Notes under the pieces: generated by a model
Database searches by the model: none
Seen by the model: the letters and a program-made list of their open reading frames with translations, nothing else
Told to the model about the DNA's origin: nothing
Source: an archaeon
Lineage (GTDB): Archaea > Iainarchaeota > Iainarchaeia > Iainarchaeales > CSSED10-239
Direction: 5' to 3'
NCBI GenBank assembly: GCA_041677685.1
Contig: JBAYPN010000028.1
Coordinates: 1-8,003, forward strand
DNA: 8,003 bases
Shown here: positions 6,442 to 8,003 of the stretch, piece by piece
Position numbering within the stretch: position 1 is the first letter of the stretch
How the letters are laid out: each line of letters starts with the position of its first letter
Program-made: the position numbers and the translations under genes

Positions 6442-7008
6442 ATGATTTCTTCTAAAATATACAAAATAGTTATTATTGGTGGGGGTCCTGCTGCCATGGG
6501 TGCTATTAAATATTATGATGGACCTAAAGATGATTTATTACTAATTTCTAATAATGAGATTGGTTTTTTTGCATATAATTCAATAAAAACACATAAAACT
6601 ACAGATGGGTTATTTTTTGCAGATAATAAATCTCCAGATTATTTGATAAAAGAATATAAAAAGTTATTATTAGAAAAAAAAACAATTATATTAAAAGATT
6701 TTGTTAAAAAAATAAATAAACTAGATAATTATTTTGAAATTATTTGTTCTAAAAAAATTTATACCGAATTTGTAATTGTATGTACTGGAATGAATAGTAA
6801 GATATTAAAAGATTTTAATAAATTTAAAAATGTATATAATTTAGCAGGCACCTTTAATGATTTAAAAAATAAGAATTGTGTTGTAATTGGTGGTCGAAAT
6901 TCAGGAACAAGTGCCGCTATATATTTGTCTAAAATTTCTAAAAAAGTATATTTATTAGAAAAAAATAAAGAATTACCTTGTAAAAAAAATATTTTGAGAG
7001 ATTGTTAG
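6442..7008 (+). CDS. Thioredoxin-reductase-fold FAD/NAD(P) oxidoreductase, N-terminal fragment (frame-disrupted; lacks CxxC)
   Basis: It has an FAD dinucleotide motif (KIVIIGGGPAAMGA), a TGMNSK segment, and a second Rossmann motif (CVVIGGRNSGTSAAIYLSKISKKVYLLEK) that is collinear with E. coli TrxB [30 protein letters not shown]. The frame ends at TAG 7006-7008 shortly after an A8 tract (6982-6989). The homology continues in another frame. Confidence 0.8.
   Translation: MISSKIYKIVIIGGGPAAMGAIKYYDGPKDDLLLISNNEIGFFAYNSIKTHKTTDGLFFADNKSPDYLIKEYKKLLLEKKTIILKDFVKKINKLDNYFEIICSKKIYTEFVIVCTGMNSKILKDFNKFKNVYNLAGTFNDLKNKNCVVIGGRNSGTSAAIYLSKISKKVYLLEKNKELPCKKNILRDC
6982..6989 (+). other. A8 homopolymer at the frame-change point of the TrxR-fold gene
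   Basis: The sequence reads TGT AAAAAAAA TAT TTT GAG. Homology to TrxB runs in frame 1 up to the tract and in frame 3 after it. An A9 tract would give one continuous ORF of about 303 aa. Confidence 0.7.
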
Positions 7009-7352
7009 ATTGTAAAAATGCAGATTATTTTTGTGATGTTAAAGAAATTAAAGTATTAGAAAAAAAAGGATCCAAAATTTCTAAAATTAAATTTATTTTT
7101 AACAATAATTTTAAAGAAGTTAAAGTAGATTTAATTTTTGTATATATAGGTTTAATTCCAAATTCGAATATAGTAAAATCAATTTGCAAATTAGATTCTA
7201 ATGATTATATATTAGTTGATTCTAAAAATGAAACCTCTTGTAATAATTTATTTGCGGCGGGCGATGTTACTGGGAAAATACCTCAAATTATAAGTTGTCA
7301 TGGAGATGGATCAAATGCAATCTATTGGATACAAAAAAGAATTAAAATATAA
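7002..7352 (+). CDS. Thioredoxin-reductase-fold oxidoreductase, C-terminal fragment (continues 6442-7008 after a -1/+2 frame change)
   Basis: This frame is open from 6984 (KKYFERLLDCKNADYF...), and the TTG at 7002 is only the ORF-track start. (K)YFERLLDCKN aligns with TrxB EKILIKRLMDK. DLIFVYIGLIPNSNIV aligns with GLFVAIGHSPNTAIF. NLFAAGDVTGKIPQIISCHGDGSNAIYWIQKRI aligns with [34 protein letters not shown]. Confidence 0.8.
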   Translation: MLDCKNADYFCDVKEIKVLEKKGSKISKIKFIFNNNFKEVKVDLIFVYIGLIPNSNIVKSICKLDSNDYILVDSKNETSCNNLFAAGDVTGKIPQIISCHGDGSNAIYWIQKRIKI

Positions 7353-7356
7353 ATTA

Positions 7357-7881
7357 ATGGTTATTGGCCCCTCTGATTTAAATAAAATATTTAAAAATAC
7401 TGATCTTTCTAAAATAAAATATAAATCTATTTTAAAATCAACCGCAAAATATCTATCATTAAAGTTTAAAGAATTATATATTATTCCTGATAATGGTGTT
7501 TTTTTAGATTTTGCAATAGAATTTAAAAAATATAGACCTGTCTATGCATATTTACCAGATAAAAAAGAAATTAAATATAAAGAATTACTAAATAATGTTA
7601 AAAAATATGATTTCAAACCTATTTATACTAAGCAGAATTGGATGTACTTAAATAATATACCTATAAGAAATATAGATTTTGTATATTGTTTAGGATACAG
7701 TTCTGGTGTTTTTATAGAAATTGGAAATATCAAAATAGCTAATGTTTGGAATAATAAAAAAATAAAATTAATAATAGATGAACGTTTTATTAGTTCTAAA
7801 TTACCTTTTGAAATAAATATGGATTTGCCAGTATTATATATAAAATCATTAAATGAATTAAAAAATGTGTTTTGTTTATGA
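7357..7881 (+). CDS. Hypothetical protein, possibly a divergent LOG/TIGR00725-like (SLOG-superfamily) Rossmann-fold protein
   Basis: The ORF is open from 7300, but ATG 7357 is preferred. It lies 5 nt after the upstream stop and avoids overlapping the conserved GDGSNA region of the flavoprotein. The layout resembles TIGR00725/LOG: MVIGPSD (beta1), YIIPDNGVFLDFAIEF (where GGxxGvMeA would be), YAYLP (GILP), and IRNIDFVYCLGYSSGVFIEIGN (ADavIaiGGGxGTlsEi). The glycine motifs are largely replaced, so the functional call is weak. Confidence 0.5.
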   Translation: MVIGPSDLNKIFKNTDLSKIKYKSILKSTAKYLSLKFKELYIIPDNGVFLDFAIEFKKYRPVYAYLPDKKEIKYKELLNNVKKYDFKPIYTKQNWMYLNNIPIRNIDFVYCLGYSSGVFIEIGNIKIANVWNNKKIKLIIDERFISSKLPFEINMDLPVLYIKSLNELKNVFCL

Positions 7882-8003
7882 AAGTAATTTATATATTAGT
7901 TTCTTCTGCTAAAAAAATTGAATTTTTACCTTATATTTATAAAAAATTAAAATTATTTAATATATATTTTATATTCACTCCTAATACGGTAAAAATTTTT
8001 AGT
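7878..8003 (+). CDS. 5' end of a flavoprotein-family (UbiX/CoaC/HFCD-like) gene, truncated by the window edge
   Basis: The ATG at 7878 overlaps the upstream TGA (ATGA), and the frame stays open for 42 codons to the window end. MKVIYILVSSAKKIEFLPYIYKKLKLFNIYFIFTPNTVKIF resembles the N-terminus of flavin-binding decarboxylases/prenyltransferases (MKkIllGvtGSIAaYKa.eLvR.L.k.GaeV.vvmT..A.kFi). This rests on only 42 residues. Confidence 0.35.
   Translation, partial: MKVIYILVSSAKKIEFLPYIYKKLKLFNIYFIFTPNTVKIFS

Noticed and set aside
7300-7356. ATG codons at 7300/7306/7315 as the start of the last full ORF (53-nt overlap with the flavoprotein gene)
   Set aside because: They lie inside the conserved GDGSNAIYW coding region of the upstream gene. 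ATG 7357 sits 5 nt after that gene's stop and puts the Rossmann beta1 strand (MVIG) at the N-terminus, as in LOG-type proteins.
1-8003. Alternative genetic code (TGA as Trp or Gly, as in Mycoplasma or Gracilibacteria), suggested by the extreme AT content
   Set aside because: All tryptophans in conserved contexts are TGG (for example SGWG in HsdR and ENWCNNF in the peptidase). TGA closes hsdS, hsdR, the MTase and the LOG-like ORF at sensible protein ends, often within ATGA/GTGA start-stop overlaps. Reading through the MTase and small-ORF TGAs adds only a short tail before the next stop. Code 11 fits.
1-8003. CRISPR arrays, rRNA genes, IS elements or long inverted repeats
   Set aside because: No regularly spaced repeats of 24-40 nt, no rRNA-like GC-rich conserved blocks and no transposase-like ORFs were seen. 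The ORF track shows continuous + strand coding that accounts for nearly all of the window.

Overview
This is a very AT-rich prokaryotic window (spot counts of individual 60-nt lines gave about 13-40 % GC, with hsdR the richest). It is densely coded, and every gene is on the + strand. Standard code 11 fits: Trp is always TGG, and TGA closes ORFs at sensible protein ends.

The left half looks like a defence island. It holds the 3' part of a type I R-M specificity gene (hsdS, open to the window edge), overlapping a full-length EcoAI/EcoEI-like hsdR (703-2994). Forty nt further on is an overlapping two-gene module: a long ImmA/IrrE-type HExxH Zn-metallopeptidase with an HTH-like N-terminus (3034-4242), and a DUF4411 / PIN-like protein (4220-4798, TTG start behind a good SD). 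This R-M-attached protease + PIN-like pair is my best candidate for an uncharacterised conflict system.

A roughly 350-nt AT-rich segment follows, containing a small putative ribbon-helix-helix ORF (4895-5110). After it comes a tightly packed, probably co-transcribed string of enzyme-like genes:
- a class I SAM methyltransferase (5154-5864);
- a divergent SPOUT/TrmH-like protein (5861-6439);
- a thioredoxin-reductase-fold flavoprotein that lacks the CxxC redox motif and is split by a frameshift at an A8 tract (6442-7008 and 7002-7352);
- a divergent LOG/TIGR00725-like Rossmann protein (7357-7881);
- the start of a UbiX/CoaC-type flavoprotein (7878 to the window end).

I saw no rRNA, tRNA, CRISPR array, transposase or integrase. 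All family assignments come from by-eye motif recognition, not from searches.
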